Below are positions 1 through 7,105 of a stretch of DNA of 39,724 nt, in pieces. A program made the translations under genes and the position numbers. The stretch lies in IMG/VR virus record IMGVR_UViG_3300020202_000051, one strand, 5' to 3'. The notes under the pieces were generated by a model. That model was not told the DNA's origin and did no database searches. It was given only the letters and a program-made list of their open reading frames with translations. Numbering within the stretch: position 1 is the first letter of the stretch; every line of letters begins with the position of its first letter. The stretch comes from a virus.

Positions 1-127
1 AAGTGCTACCCCCCGCCTCCGTGCGGTAAAGGCGTCTCTCACTGATCCCGAAGCTTGCCGCAAAGGTCGGGATGGAGGACACCCGGAGGGTAGCCCCGGC
101 CGCAGTGAATGTCGTGCTGACTGGGCC
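1..127. repeat. Terminal direct repeat, copy 1 (identical to 39598..39724); circular-closure overlap
   Basis: Read directly: bases 1-127 (aagtgctaccccccgcctcc...gtgctgactgggcc) recur base for base as the last 127 bases. An ORF stays open across the junction. Confidence 0.95.
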
Positions 128-667
128 CACGTCGCTTTCGACACTCTGCGAGTTGACTGCAGTGACCTTGTACCGGTAATCGCCGGTCAAGACACCTACG
201 GCCTGAGATGCTACGGAATGAGTCGTCGTCGGAGGATACACCCCGTGACGGGTCCAGTTCGTCCCGTTCCACTTGTAGGGGATCACGTATCCATTGCCGC
301 AAAAGAGATGGTTCTCAAACTGAGAAGCCCCGACCCGAACGCCTGCTGTAAAGACCGACTGCGCTGAGGCGATCGTCGTAAAGCTCGTTCCCCCCAACGC
401 CCAGGCCGAGCCTCCCGCAAAGGCGATCATGGTCTCAGTCGAGTCGTTGGCGCGCCTCACGTAAAGCCCATCGATCACAAATGACCCAATGGCAGCGGTA
501 TTGTGCTTGGCAAACCCGTCGCGAGTTGCGACAGATCCGTTGGAAAAAACGACATTCAGGCAGTCAGGCGACTCATTGTCCTCGATGATCGAGCGCTCAA
601 ACTTATTGTTGAGCCCCCCATCGAAGAGAATCGGCTTTCTGCCAGGATAGATCTTCTGCCCGCTCAT
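1..667 (-). CDS. 5' part (222 codons) of a 632-aa tail/nozzle-like virion protein that wraps the contig junction (continues 39597..38366)
   Basis: Hand translation from ATG 667 (MSGQKIYPGRKPILFDGGLNNKFERSIIEDNESPD...) has no stop down to base 1. It is in frame with ORF 38366..39679 through the overlap. ATGA overlap with gene 664..1320. Missing from the ORF track because it is edge-truncated. Function is inferred from size and position only. Confidence 0.8.
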   Translation of the reverse strand, partial: MSGQKIYPGRKPILFDGGLNNKFERSIIEDNESPDCLNVVFSNGSVATRDGFAKHNTAAIGSFVIDGLYVRRANDSTETMIAFAGGSAWALGGTSFTTIASAQSVFTAGVRVGASQFENHLFCGNGYVIPYKWNGTNWTRHGVYPPTTTHSVASQAVGVLTGDYRYKVTAVNSQSVESDVGPVSTTFTAAGATLRVSSIPTFAASFGISERRLYRTEAGGST

Positions 668-1320
668 ACCATCCCTAGGATCGTGATCCCGAGTCGCTCC
701 TCATCCTGAACCGCAGCGAAAGCATCACCCCTCTTCTTTCTCGCCGCATACCGCTTGGCGGCCATGAGCCCTTTCATGGGGTTATCCGCCCATTGCTTCA
801 TGTAGTACTCAGCTGCTTTAAAATTCTCGTCCTTGGCTGCCATCTCAGCATTCACGTAATCGAGAAGATCCATGTGGAACTGGGAGGGGACCTCAAGAGT
901 GGAGGTGATCGTAATGGCCTGGGGCTCGTTGTAGCTGTAAATCTTCAGCGTCTGAGCCGCATCGGGGATGGGTCTCAAGATCAGCGTCTCATCCCAGATC
1001 GCGTAATACTGAGGCGACCCCTGAGCCGTCGTCGACGCATTGAAACCCGTCAGCGCATCATCTTCCCTGAAGTTGATCGGCTGGAGCTTCGATCCATTGT
1101 AGGTGACGCGCTTGATCTGAATCGTGTTCGTCGGATACGCATACTCCTGCGTTCCTGCGACCGTGGTCGTCGTATACGCCTGCTCGATGACGAGCGCCTC
1201 GCGCGCCATCTGGAGGCAGGCGTTGTAGAGGTAGTCCAAGATCTCTTGCTGCGACCAGAAGGTATCGCCTACGGCGTTATAACGCCTGCGCGCATGAGTC
1301 TCGAGTTCAGATGGCGTCAT
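664..1320 (-). CDS. Virion-module protein, possible head-tail adaptor / tail tubular A-like (position only)
   Basis: 218-aa ORF with ATG at 1320. Its stop overlaps the start of the 632-aa tail gene (ATGA at 664-667). No motif recognised. Confidence 0.6.
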   Translation of the reverse strand: MTPSELETHARRRYNAVGDTFWSQQEILDYLYNACLQMAREALVIEQAYTTTTVAGTQEYAYPTNTIQIKRVTYNGSKLQPINFREDDALTGFNASTTAQGSPQYYAIWDETLILRPIPDAAQTLKIYSYNEPQAITITSTLEVPSQFHMDLLDYVNAEMAAKDENFKAAEYYMKQWADNPMKGLMAAKRYAARKKRGDAFAAVQDEERLGITILGMV

Positions 1321-1325
1321 TGAGC

Positions 1326-1724
1326 CTAGCTCCAGCTGGTAGAGGCAGCCGTCGCAGAGGTCCAGCTGGTGCTCGCAGCCGTCCCTGAGGAGTAGGAAGC
1401 TTCATCTCGGTTCTCAGCCTCAGTCGTGTCCGACGTGAATACGTATCTCCAGCCGGATCCGTCCTGAAGCGTCTCTGAGGTCGTCTCTGACGTAGGCGTC
1501 AGATCGTTTGAAACTAGCTTTTCTACCCTGCGCGAATAGTCGTCAGAAAGGGATTGTGAGTTTGAAATCAGCTTCACTACTGCGACCTGAAGATCTTCCG
1601 TGCCCTCGCCCCATTTGGACGTTCCCCAGGTCATTGTGTAAGGAGCGTTATTTCCCCATTTCGTCGATGGCGATCCCCCGAAGCAGTTGACCACATTCGA
1701 GATCGTCTGCGAGAAATCAGCCAC
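1326..1724 (-). CDS. Small virion-module protein with Ser/Thr-rich repeated C-terminus
   Basis: GTG start at 1724 behind AAGGGAGGGG. The C-terminus is ...SYSSGTAASTSWTSATAASTSWS, encoded by an imperfect 30-bp tandem duplication at 1331..1390. Confidence 0.65.
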   Translation of the reverse strand: MADFSQTISNVVNCFGGSPSTKWGNNAPYTMTWGTSKWGEGTEDLQVAVVKLISNSQSLSDDYSRRVEKLVSNDLTPTSETTSETLQDGSGWRYVFTSDTTEAENRDEASYSSGTAASTSWTSATAASTSWS

Positions 1725-1739
1725 TGCCCCTCCCTTGGG

Positions 1740-2210
1740 CTAGGAAAGCGTGATCTGGGCGACTACCGTCAGGGTGTCATTCGCGCCCTTATTGATCGCG
1801 CTCTCCGTATCACGAGCGAGCATCGTTCCAGCCGTATTGGAACTAAATAGACCATATTCCACGATGGCTCCCGTGCCAGAGCCTGTCGCAAAGGTCGCCG
1901 TCACCTTGTAGATCTGGTTCGATACGTAGCTGACGGTCCCCGTATGCCGAGCGAGCTCAGTGCCGAGCGCGGTATTGGCAGCAGCCTCGGCAGTCGAGTC
2001 TGTTCCAATGGCGATGTACCGCATGGTGAAGGTCGAGGCCGCAGCCGCTGCACTCTGGAGAAAAGAGGCCAGGAACTCCTTGCCGTTCGTGCAGACGACG
2101 TTATTGCCTTCTCTGACCTCTTTCAGCTCCCCATCCGGCCCACGGAGTTCAGCGCGCCATCTCCCCTTGAGCGTCACTGCTGTCGGATCTTCGACGCGCT
2201 TAAACCCCAT
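1740..2210 (-). CDS. Hypothetical virion-module protein (156 aa)
   Basis: ATG at 2210 preceded by CGGAGGAACC. Lies within the contiguous structural gene block. No motif recognised with certainty. Confidence 0.65.
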   Translation of the reverse strand: MGFKRVEDPTAVTLKGRWRAELRGPDGELKEVREGNNVVCTNGKEFLASFLQSAAAAASTFTMRYIAIGTDSTAEAAANTALGTELARHTGTVSYVSNQIYKVTATFATGSGTGAIVEYGLFSSNTAGTMLARDTESAINKGANDTLTVVAQITLS

Positions 2211-2221
2211 GGTTCCTCCGA

Positions 2222-2596
2222 TCAGTGCGCCTTGGCTTTGGCCTTGATGCGCTTTTCCTGCTCGTCCTTATCGACCATCTGCTCGAGATGCATCGCATTG
2301 ACGTGCTCATCGAGATCCGCCTTGGACGACGCTTTATAGGTGCAGGCCAGGCAGCGGTTCTCATCCACCTTGACGGGCTCAGATGGACCGATTGGCTCTA
2401 GCCGGATCATCTTAAACCCCTCGGGCATGTCATTGCCGTCGGCATCAAGCTTCGGGAAGCTGAACGTGCCCCTAAACAGGATCGCTTCGCCCTCTTCCAT
2501 CTCGATGAAGGATTTAGGCGGGATATGGATATCCCAGTCCTTGAACTTCTCCCGGTAAGGATGCACGTTATCGTTCCACACGCGGACATTGGCCAT
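2222..2596 (-). CDS. Virion-module protein with a C2H2-type zinc-finger spacing
   Basis: ATG at 2596 behind AAAAGGAGA. Residues C82-x2-C85-x12-H98-x4-H103 (CLACTYKASSKADLDEHVNAMH) are followed by a Lys/Glu-rich tail. Confidence 0.65.
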   Translation of the reverse strand: MANVRVWNDNVHPYREKFKDWDIHIPPKSFIEMEEGEAILFRGTFSFPKLDADGNDMPEGFKMIRLEPIGPSEPVKVDENRCLACTYKASSKADLDEHVNAMHLEQMVDKDEQEKRIKAKAKAH

Positions 2597-2617
2597 CTGG
2601 GATCGTCTCCTTTTCGT

Positions 2618-2968
2618 CTAAAAATCGCCGCAGATCAGCTTCAGGGTCGCCCCATCACTCACTGCAGCGGTCGTTTCAATCTTGAGGTACCGAAGCCCAG
2701 TCGGGCCTTCGATGACTCCTCCCGATACTGCGCTTGCTACCTTCCAGATGTTTGCCTGGACGGTTGAAGTTCCCGCCGCCTGAGGCAGATACACCTGCCG
2801 GTAGGTGCCTGAGGCTTTCTCAGCAGCCTGGTACCTGACTTCGGAATTGGCACCCGTCGGGTCAATGTAAACCTTCTGAAAGAGCCTCCCCAGGTCGATC
2901 TCGCTGCTCAGAGTCGCCCCTGATGCGATCGTAACTGAGAAAACCCGAAACCCATGACCGTGCGCCAT
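2618..2968 (-). CDS. Hypothetical virion-module protein (116 aa)
   Basis: ORF with ATG at 2968, packed 3 nt after the stop of the upstream gene. Confidence 0.6.
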   Translation of the reverse strand: MAHGHGFRVFSVTIASGATLSSEIDLGRLFQKVYIDPTGANSEVRYQAAEKASGTYRQVYLPQAAGTSTVQANIWKVASAVSGGVIEGPTGLRYLKIETTAAVSDGATLKLICGDF

Positions 2969-2971
2969 GGG

Positions 2972-3241
2972 TCACCGTCCTACTGCGACGACGTAAAAGA
3001 CGTCCCCTGCGGCAGCTGAGTTGATGTTCAGGATTCCAGGCCTCGAGGTCGCGCCCGAGCCGATGTTCTTCTTGAATGTGGGTGAGGCAGTCGCCATCGA
3101 GATCTGGCCAATCGAGAAGTAATCAATCACCGATAGGCCGGTATCGATGTTCCCGCTCGCCGAATCGATCGAGCACGAAACGCAGTGCTGGCGCTTATTC
3201 CCCCAAACCGACTTACTGATGATATCCAACGTAAAGGCCAT
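2972..3241 (-). CDS. Hypothetical virion-module protein (89 aa)
   Basis: ATG at 3241 preceded by CTAGGAGGAGCGAGAAC. Confidence 0.6.
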   Translation of the reverse strand: MAFTLDIISKSVWGNKRQHCVSCSIDSASGNIDTGLSVIDYFSIGQISMATASPTFKKNIGSGATSRPGILNINSAAAGDVFYVVAVGR

Positions 3242-3254
3242 GTTCTCGCTCCTC

Positions 3255-4271
3255 CTAGAACAGAATTTTCATGTCTTTCTTCTCGGGCTCTAAGCACTGC
3301 GCCCGCATTTCATGGTACATCGTGTACATCCACAAGAATCGTTTGAGCGGCATCTGCTGAATCTGCATGATGTTGCCCTCGGGGTAGGCTCCCATCGTGC
3401 CGCCCTCTGAACAGTTGATGTAGAGCCCGGCCACGGTCGACGCCAGCCAGTCAAACCAGATCTTGAAGTTGAAGTAGCTTGCCCAGGTGAGGACCTTGTT
3501 GCCAAAGACGTCGACCGCCCGCATCGCCTCACCCAGGTTCCCGTCGTACTTCGACTTCCACGGGTGAAACTGCTTGGAGTAGGAGAAGCAGAAATCCGAT
3601 CCCACCCAGGCGATGGGGTTGGCTCCTAGAATCGCTTTGGCAATGTAGGTCGCAGCTCCCAGGACATTTCCGCCGGTCGATACGTAAGTATGGAACTGCT
3701 CGATCTTCTCAATCTCAGAGAGAAGCCCCTCATCGGGGATCGGGCAGTTGAAGAAAAGAACCTTGCCCTGCCAGAGCTTGAGGAGATCCGGGTGCGTCCC
3801 GATGAAACAGAGGAGCGTCCGGTCTTTCGTCAGCTCCTTGTACTCGTCTAACGTCTTCTTCCCGCCTTCAGCGATCTCTGGAATCGTGACGGCACCGGCG
3901 TCCAGGCTAACGTAGTAGTCGACCTTGACCCCGTGATCTTCCATGTAATGGAAATTGTGCAGGCAGGAGAGGATGGGGATCCCTTTCGTGTCCTTGAGGT
4001 CTTCGATCGAATTCTTAAGCGAAGGCCCTGAGCCCGCCACGATCACGGGCTGCTTATCGAACTTCCCGTAGAGCTGCCCAATCCCCTGGGCTTTGAAGGA
4101 GCCGAACCTGGCCTTATTGGCTGCGATCTGTTCCAACCACTGCTGCCGCCACGTCGAGACCGTCGTCTTATCGTTGCTGCAGGCCTGGGCGTACATCTCC
4201 TGCTGATTCCTGGGCGGTCCAGGAATCATATTCATGTACTCGAAATCCATCTCTACCGTTTTTAGAACCAT
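3255..4271 (-). CDS. DUF115/MptE-like (Maf-type) putative nonulosonic-acid glycosyltransferase
   Basis: 338 aa. Motifs KQPVIVAGSGPSLKNSIEDLK, HGVKVDYYVSLDAG and STGGNVLGAATYIAKAILGANPIAWVGSDFCF match my memory of the PF01973/Maf core. Located inside the capsid gene block. Confidence 0.7.
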   Translation of the reverse strand: MVLKTVEMDFEYMNMIPGPPRNQQEMYAQACSNDKTTVSTWRQQWLEQIAANKARFGSFKAQGIGQLYGKFDKQPVIVAGSGPSLKNSIEDLKDTKGIPILSCLHNFHYMEDHGVKVDYYVSLDAGAVTIPEIAEGGKKTLDEYKELTKDRTLLCFIGTHPDLLKLWQGKVLFFNCPIPDEGLLSEIEKIEQFHTYVSTGGNVLGAATYIAKAILGANPIAWVGSDFCFSYSKQFHPWKSKYDGNLGEAMRAVDVFGNKVLTWASYFNFKIWFDWLASTVAGLYINCSEGGTMGAYPEGNIMQIQQMPLKRFLWMYTMYHEMRAQCLEPEKKDMKILF

Positions 4272-4382
4272 CGTCGATTGTCCTTGTGAGATTGTGTAGA
4301 GGCGGGCTGCCCTTCTCGCAGGAAGGGCATTTGCTGCGTCAGCTCCCTCAGCACTGAGCGCACCCGCCTCAACATGGTTGGA
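4272..4382 (-). promoter_or_regulatory. Structured intergenic leader upstream of the Maf-like gene (element D)
   Basis: An 8-bp outer stem (4299-4306 with 4363-4370) encloses a 7-bp GC hairpin (4309-4315 with 4322-4328). On the minus strand this is followed by CACAAT-N8-GACAAT-CGACGATG ending at the start codon. Confidence 0.5.
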
Positions 4383-4871
4383 TTAGACCCCGGTCTTGAT
4401 GAAAGCGTAGGCCGTGCCGCCAGCGCCGGTATTCGCCCCAAGGACGTATCCGACAACCGTTGCAGTCCCCATCGTGGTAGTGCCAGAGGCCTCGATGAAC
4501 TTGCCGTCCACTCCCAAGGCAATCATCTTGTAATCAGCGGTCGTGGCCGACACCATGACAACCGACGCAAAGCCCCTCACCATGACCCAGCCGTAATCGG
4601 CCGTCGCCATGGTCGAGTGCTTCACCACGCCGACACACGGACTGAAGGTATCGGTCAACGAGGTCGCAGCGACCGAGTAACCGCTCGCACCGGTGATGAA
4701 CTTGACACCATTGCCTTTGCTCGCCTGTCCGCCCCCTGAATTGTAGCAGTAGACGTACTCCTCGCCCTGATACCAGAGCCTCGTTCCCAGATCGACCGAC
4801 GGGGTCGCCGTGACCTGAGAGACCGATTCAAACTGAATCGGGCCTGCACTATGCCATTGCATGGATCCCAT
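4383..4871 (-). CDS. Putative head decoration/cement protein (position-based)
   Basis: 162-aa Gly/Thr/Ala-rich ORF immediately downstream of the major capsid gene. ATG at 4871 behind GGTGAGGTGA. Confidence 0.55.
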   Translation of the reverse strand: MGSMQWHSAGPIQFESVSQVTATPSVDLGTRLWYQGEEYVYCYNSGGGQASKGNGVKFITGASGYSVAATSLTDTFSPCVGVVKHSTMATADYGWVMVRGFASVVMVSATTADYKMIALGVDGKFIEASGTTTMGTATVVGYVLGANTGAGGTAYAFIKTGV

Positions 4872-4889
4872 GTGTGTTCACCTCACCTA

Positions 4890-5810
4890 TTAGGAAGTTG
4901 TGGCCGAGAGCCGCCCATGAAGCCTGTTATTGGAGCTACCGAAAGCCCCCATCCACAGGATCTTGGCGGTCTTGACGTCCTGATTCACCGGCTTCTGGAA
5001 CGGCTCAAACTTCATGTCACAATCCTTGTGAACGAAAAGGTGGAGATAGTTCTCGTTCAGGAAGAACATATTTGAGGCCGGGCAGTAGCTATCCGGAATA
5101 ACCGGCGCGCCGTTGAACATCAGGTTCTCAAAGCCGCCCTTGGCGGTCTCAGAGTCCTGAAACCGCTGCTGAGGCTGCAAAAGCGCGTAGTACGAGTTGT
5201 ACAGCGTCCGGGTCGTTGCGATCACAGTCGGCTTATCGTTATTGACAGTAGCCGCAGTGAACCGGGTCTGCATGGCAGCGATCGAAAGAACGGTTGTCGT
5301 GCTATCGACCCCGCCCTGCCACCAGCTGTAGGAGCTTTGAGAGATGCCGCCTACGGTCTGGTCGGTGGCCACGATGTCCCGGAGGCCCACGATCGACTTC
5401 GTGTCGCTCCCGTCCGAGTAGATCCCGGTTCCAAGCTTATCGAGCATGGTCTTCTCGGCGATCTTGACCTTGTTTTTCACCAAGCTCAGGACCTGAGAGT
5501 CGCCCGAGTTCTTTCGCTCGTCAGCGCCAGTGATCGAGATATTGGCGTAAAGCTGCTTCCAAGTGTACTCGGCAGCGGTCATGACGTCGTTGTCGGTCGT
5601 GAGCAGCGTGTCGGCGCCCGAATACCAACCGGAGCTCGTCACAGTCGCGTAGTTGAGCGGCACGACGATTCTCTCGCCGCCGTCCAGCTTCTCATACGAC
5701 TTCTTCTTGAGCCGCATCAGGAGCGCATTGGAGTCAAAGATATTGTCGTAAAGCTTCGGAATGAACTTCTTCTGAGTGATCGCACTCAGCTGGTCATACG
5801 TCAGTGGCAT
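4890..5810 (-). CDS. Major capsid protein (HK97-fold type inferred)
   Basis: 306 aa in portal-scaffold-capsid order. N-terminal MPLTYDQLSAITQKKFIPKLYDNIFDSNALLMRLKK and C-terminal FNGAPVIPDSYCP...FLNENYLHLF resemble phage coat proteins, from memory. Confidence 0.75.
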   Translation of the reverse strand: MPLTYDQLSAITQKKFIPKLYDNIFDSNALLMRLKKKSYEKLDGGERIVVPLNYATVTSSGWYSGADTLLTTDNDVMTAAEYTWKQLYANISITGADERKNSGDSQVLSLVKNKVKIAEKTMLDKLGTGIYSDGSDTKSIVGLRDIVATDQTVGGISQSSYSWWQGGVDSTTTVLSIAAMQTRFTAATVNNDKPTVIATTRTLYNSYYALLQPQQRFQDSETAKGGFENLMFNGAPVIPDSYCPASNMFFLNENYLHLFVHKDCDMKFEPFQKPVNQDVKTAKILWMGAFGSSNNRLHGRLSATTS

Positions 5811-5822
5811 GGCCTTCCCCCA

Positions 5823-6704
5823 TTAAGCACCCAGGCCGAGCTCGGCTTTCACCTCGTCCAGAATGCTTTCGTAAGATTTGGATTTTAGGTTTTGGACCGG
5901 AGCCAAGCTCTGCTGAGGAGTTGGGGATTTCCCCAATAGTCCAAGCTTGGTTTTCTTTTGCAGGTCCTTGGCAGATTCTTCCTTCGCGCGCTCGGCATGA
6001 AGCTTCAGGATCTCGTCATGGTAAAAGTCGCGAAACGCGGTCTTGAAGTTCCTAATACCCTCTTTCTGGGCGTACTCTAAGACCTTGTATTCGAGTGACT
6101 TGCCATCGGCCCCAGGAGTGGTGAGATCTAGATTCGGAAACTCTTTCCGAATGGATTCCATCTGCTCCTGATACTGGGCGTCCTCGGTTTGGATCCGCCT
6201 CTGCTCGCGCTCCTGTTTCCACTCCTGGATGATCTGATCCTGCTCACCCAGTCGGGAGCGAAGGGCTTGAATCTCTTGTGCGATGGGATTGTTGGGATCA
6301 AACGCCTGTTCCCGCTGCTTCCAGGAGCTTTCCACATGCTCCCACCACTGCGGGTTCTCGCGAACGTAATCATCAATGGGCTTGTAGCGGCCCTCGATCT
6401 CTTTCAGTGCCCTCTGCTGGGCTTCAAACTCCTGCTGCCGGCGGTTCAGTTCCGCCATCTTCTGGGGATAGTCGTATCCCTGAGAGGCCCACTGCAGAAT
6501 CTTGTCGAGCGGGGCCTTGATGGGCTTTCCGTTCGCCGTAAACTCATACTCTTGGGGCGGCTGAGGAGGAGCCTGCGCCACACTGGGCTCAGCCCCAGCC
6601 GCTGTCATCGGGATCTCTGAGCTTCCCGGCGACTCAATCTGGTTTAAGAGGGCATCAACGTCGATATCGGGCGCGGATCCGCCTGAGGGAGTGCCTTCCA
6701 GCAT
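5823..6704 (-). CDS. Scaffolding protein
   Basis: 293-aa Gln/Glu/Lys-rich, coiled-coil-like ORF lying between the portal and capsid genes. Confidence 0.65.
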   Translation of the reverse strand: MLEGTPSGGSAPDIDVDALLNQIESPGSSEIPMTAAGAEPSVAQAPPQPPQEYEFTANGKPIKAPLDKILQWASQGYDYPQKMAELNRRQQEFEAQQRALKEIEGRYKPIDDYVRENPQWWEHVESSWKQREQAFDPNNPIAQEIQALRSRLGEQDQIIQEWKQEREQRRIQTEDAQYQEQMESIRKEFPNLDLTTPGADGKSLEYKVLEYAQKEGIRNFKTAFRDFYHDEILKLHAERAKEESAKDLQKKTKLGLLGKSPTPQQSLAPVQNLKSKSYESILDEVKAELGLGA

Positions 6705-6705
6705 G

Positions 6706-6996
6706 TTAGAGGGCCCTCACTGCAGGCTTTCCGGCCGTTTCAGGAGGAACATTGCCCTGTTCAGCAGGCACTGGGCCTTGCTGAGGCGCCCCGCCGCCGA
6801 CAACCTCCTCGATCACGGCCCTGTAGCCGTCGAGAAGCTGCTTCATCTGGCCTGCGGGGCCTTCCATCCCGCTTTGAGCGAGCATGTCTGCGATCTGGGC
6901 TAGATTCGTGTGGGTTTCAGCGATGAGAGACTGGGCACCCCCGGGTTGGGGCGCTCCTTCTGCTCCTTGTGGAGCTTCGGGCGGCATTTCTGGCAT
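6706..6996 (-). CDS. Small Pro/Gly/Ala/Gln-rich acidic protein (head-assembly module)
   Basis: 96-aa ORF and the first gene after promoter-like element A. Its stop is 1 nt from the scaffold ATG. Confidence 0.55.
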   Translation of the reverse strand: MPEMPPEAPQGAEGAPQPGGAQSLIAETHTNLAQIADMLAQSGMEGPAGQMKQLLDGYRAVIEEVVGGGAPQQGPVPAEQGNVPPETAGKPAVRAL

Positions 6997-7105
6997 GGCG
7001 GCTTCCCTGGGAAGGGCACTTCAGACGGTTTTTAGGGGATTGTGTCGAGGTGGGATTGTGGAACTACTCGATGCGGCAATTATAGCACACAAGAATCGTG
7101 GAATC
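6997..7105 (-). promoter_or_regulatory. Late promoter-like element A: extended -10 TGCTATAAT plus tandem CACAAT boxes and a conserved leader
   Basis: Minus strand reads TGCTATAAT (7087..7079), N18, CACAAT, N10, CACAAT, ..GTCTGAAGTGCCCTTCCCAGGGAAGCCGCC ATG. It aligns along about 100 nt with element B. Confidence 0.6.

Noticed and set aside
1-127. The 127-bp terminal repeat as a biological direct terminal repeat or LTR-like element
   Set aside because: It falls in the middle of a coding frame that reads through the junction, and its length equals a common maximal assembler k-mer. Circular-closure overlap is the simpler explanation, although read-level data would be needed to exclude real termini.
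39-709. Track ORFs 39..302 (-) and 503..709 (+) at the left edge
   Set aside because: They lie inside the continuous minus-strand frame of the wrap-around tail gene (667..1) and have Arg/Ser-rich shadow composition.
3255-4271. The DUF115 protein as an MptE-type 6-hydroxymethylpterin diphosphokinase (folate/methanopterin metabolism)
   Set aside because: That function is archaeal and pathway-specific. The co-occurrence here with NeuB-like, cytidylyltransferase, GNAT and aminotransferase genes, and its position in the capsid block, favour the Maf-type transferase reading. This remains an inference.
4262-4849. Overlapping ORFs 4262..4522 (-), 4374..4739 (+) and 4655..4849 (-) around the decoration-like gene
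   Set aside because: They are shadow frames of gene 4383..4871 or run through the structured spacer. They have no RBS and biased Arg/Ser/Pro composition.
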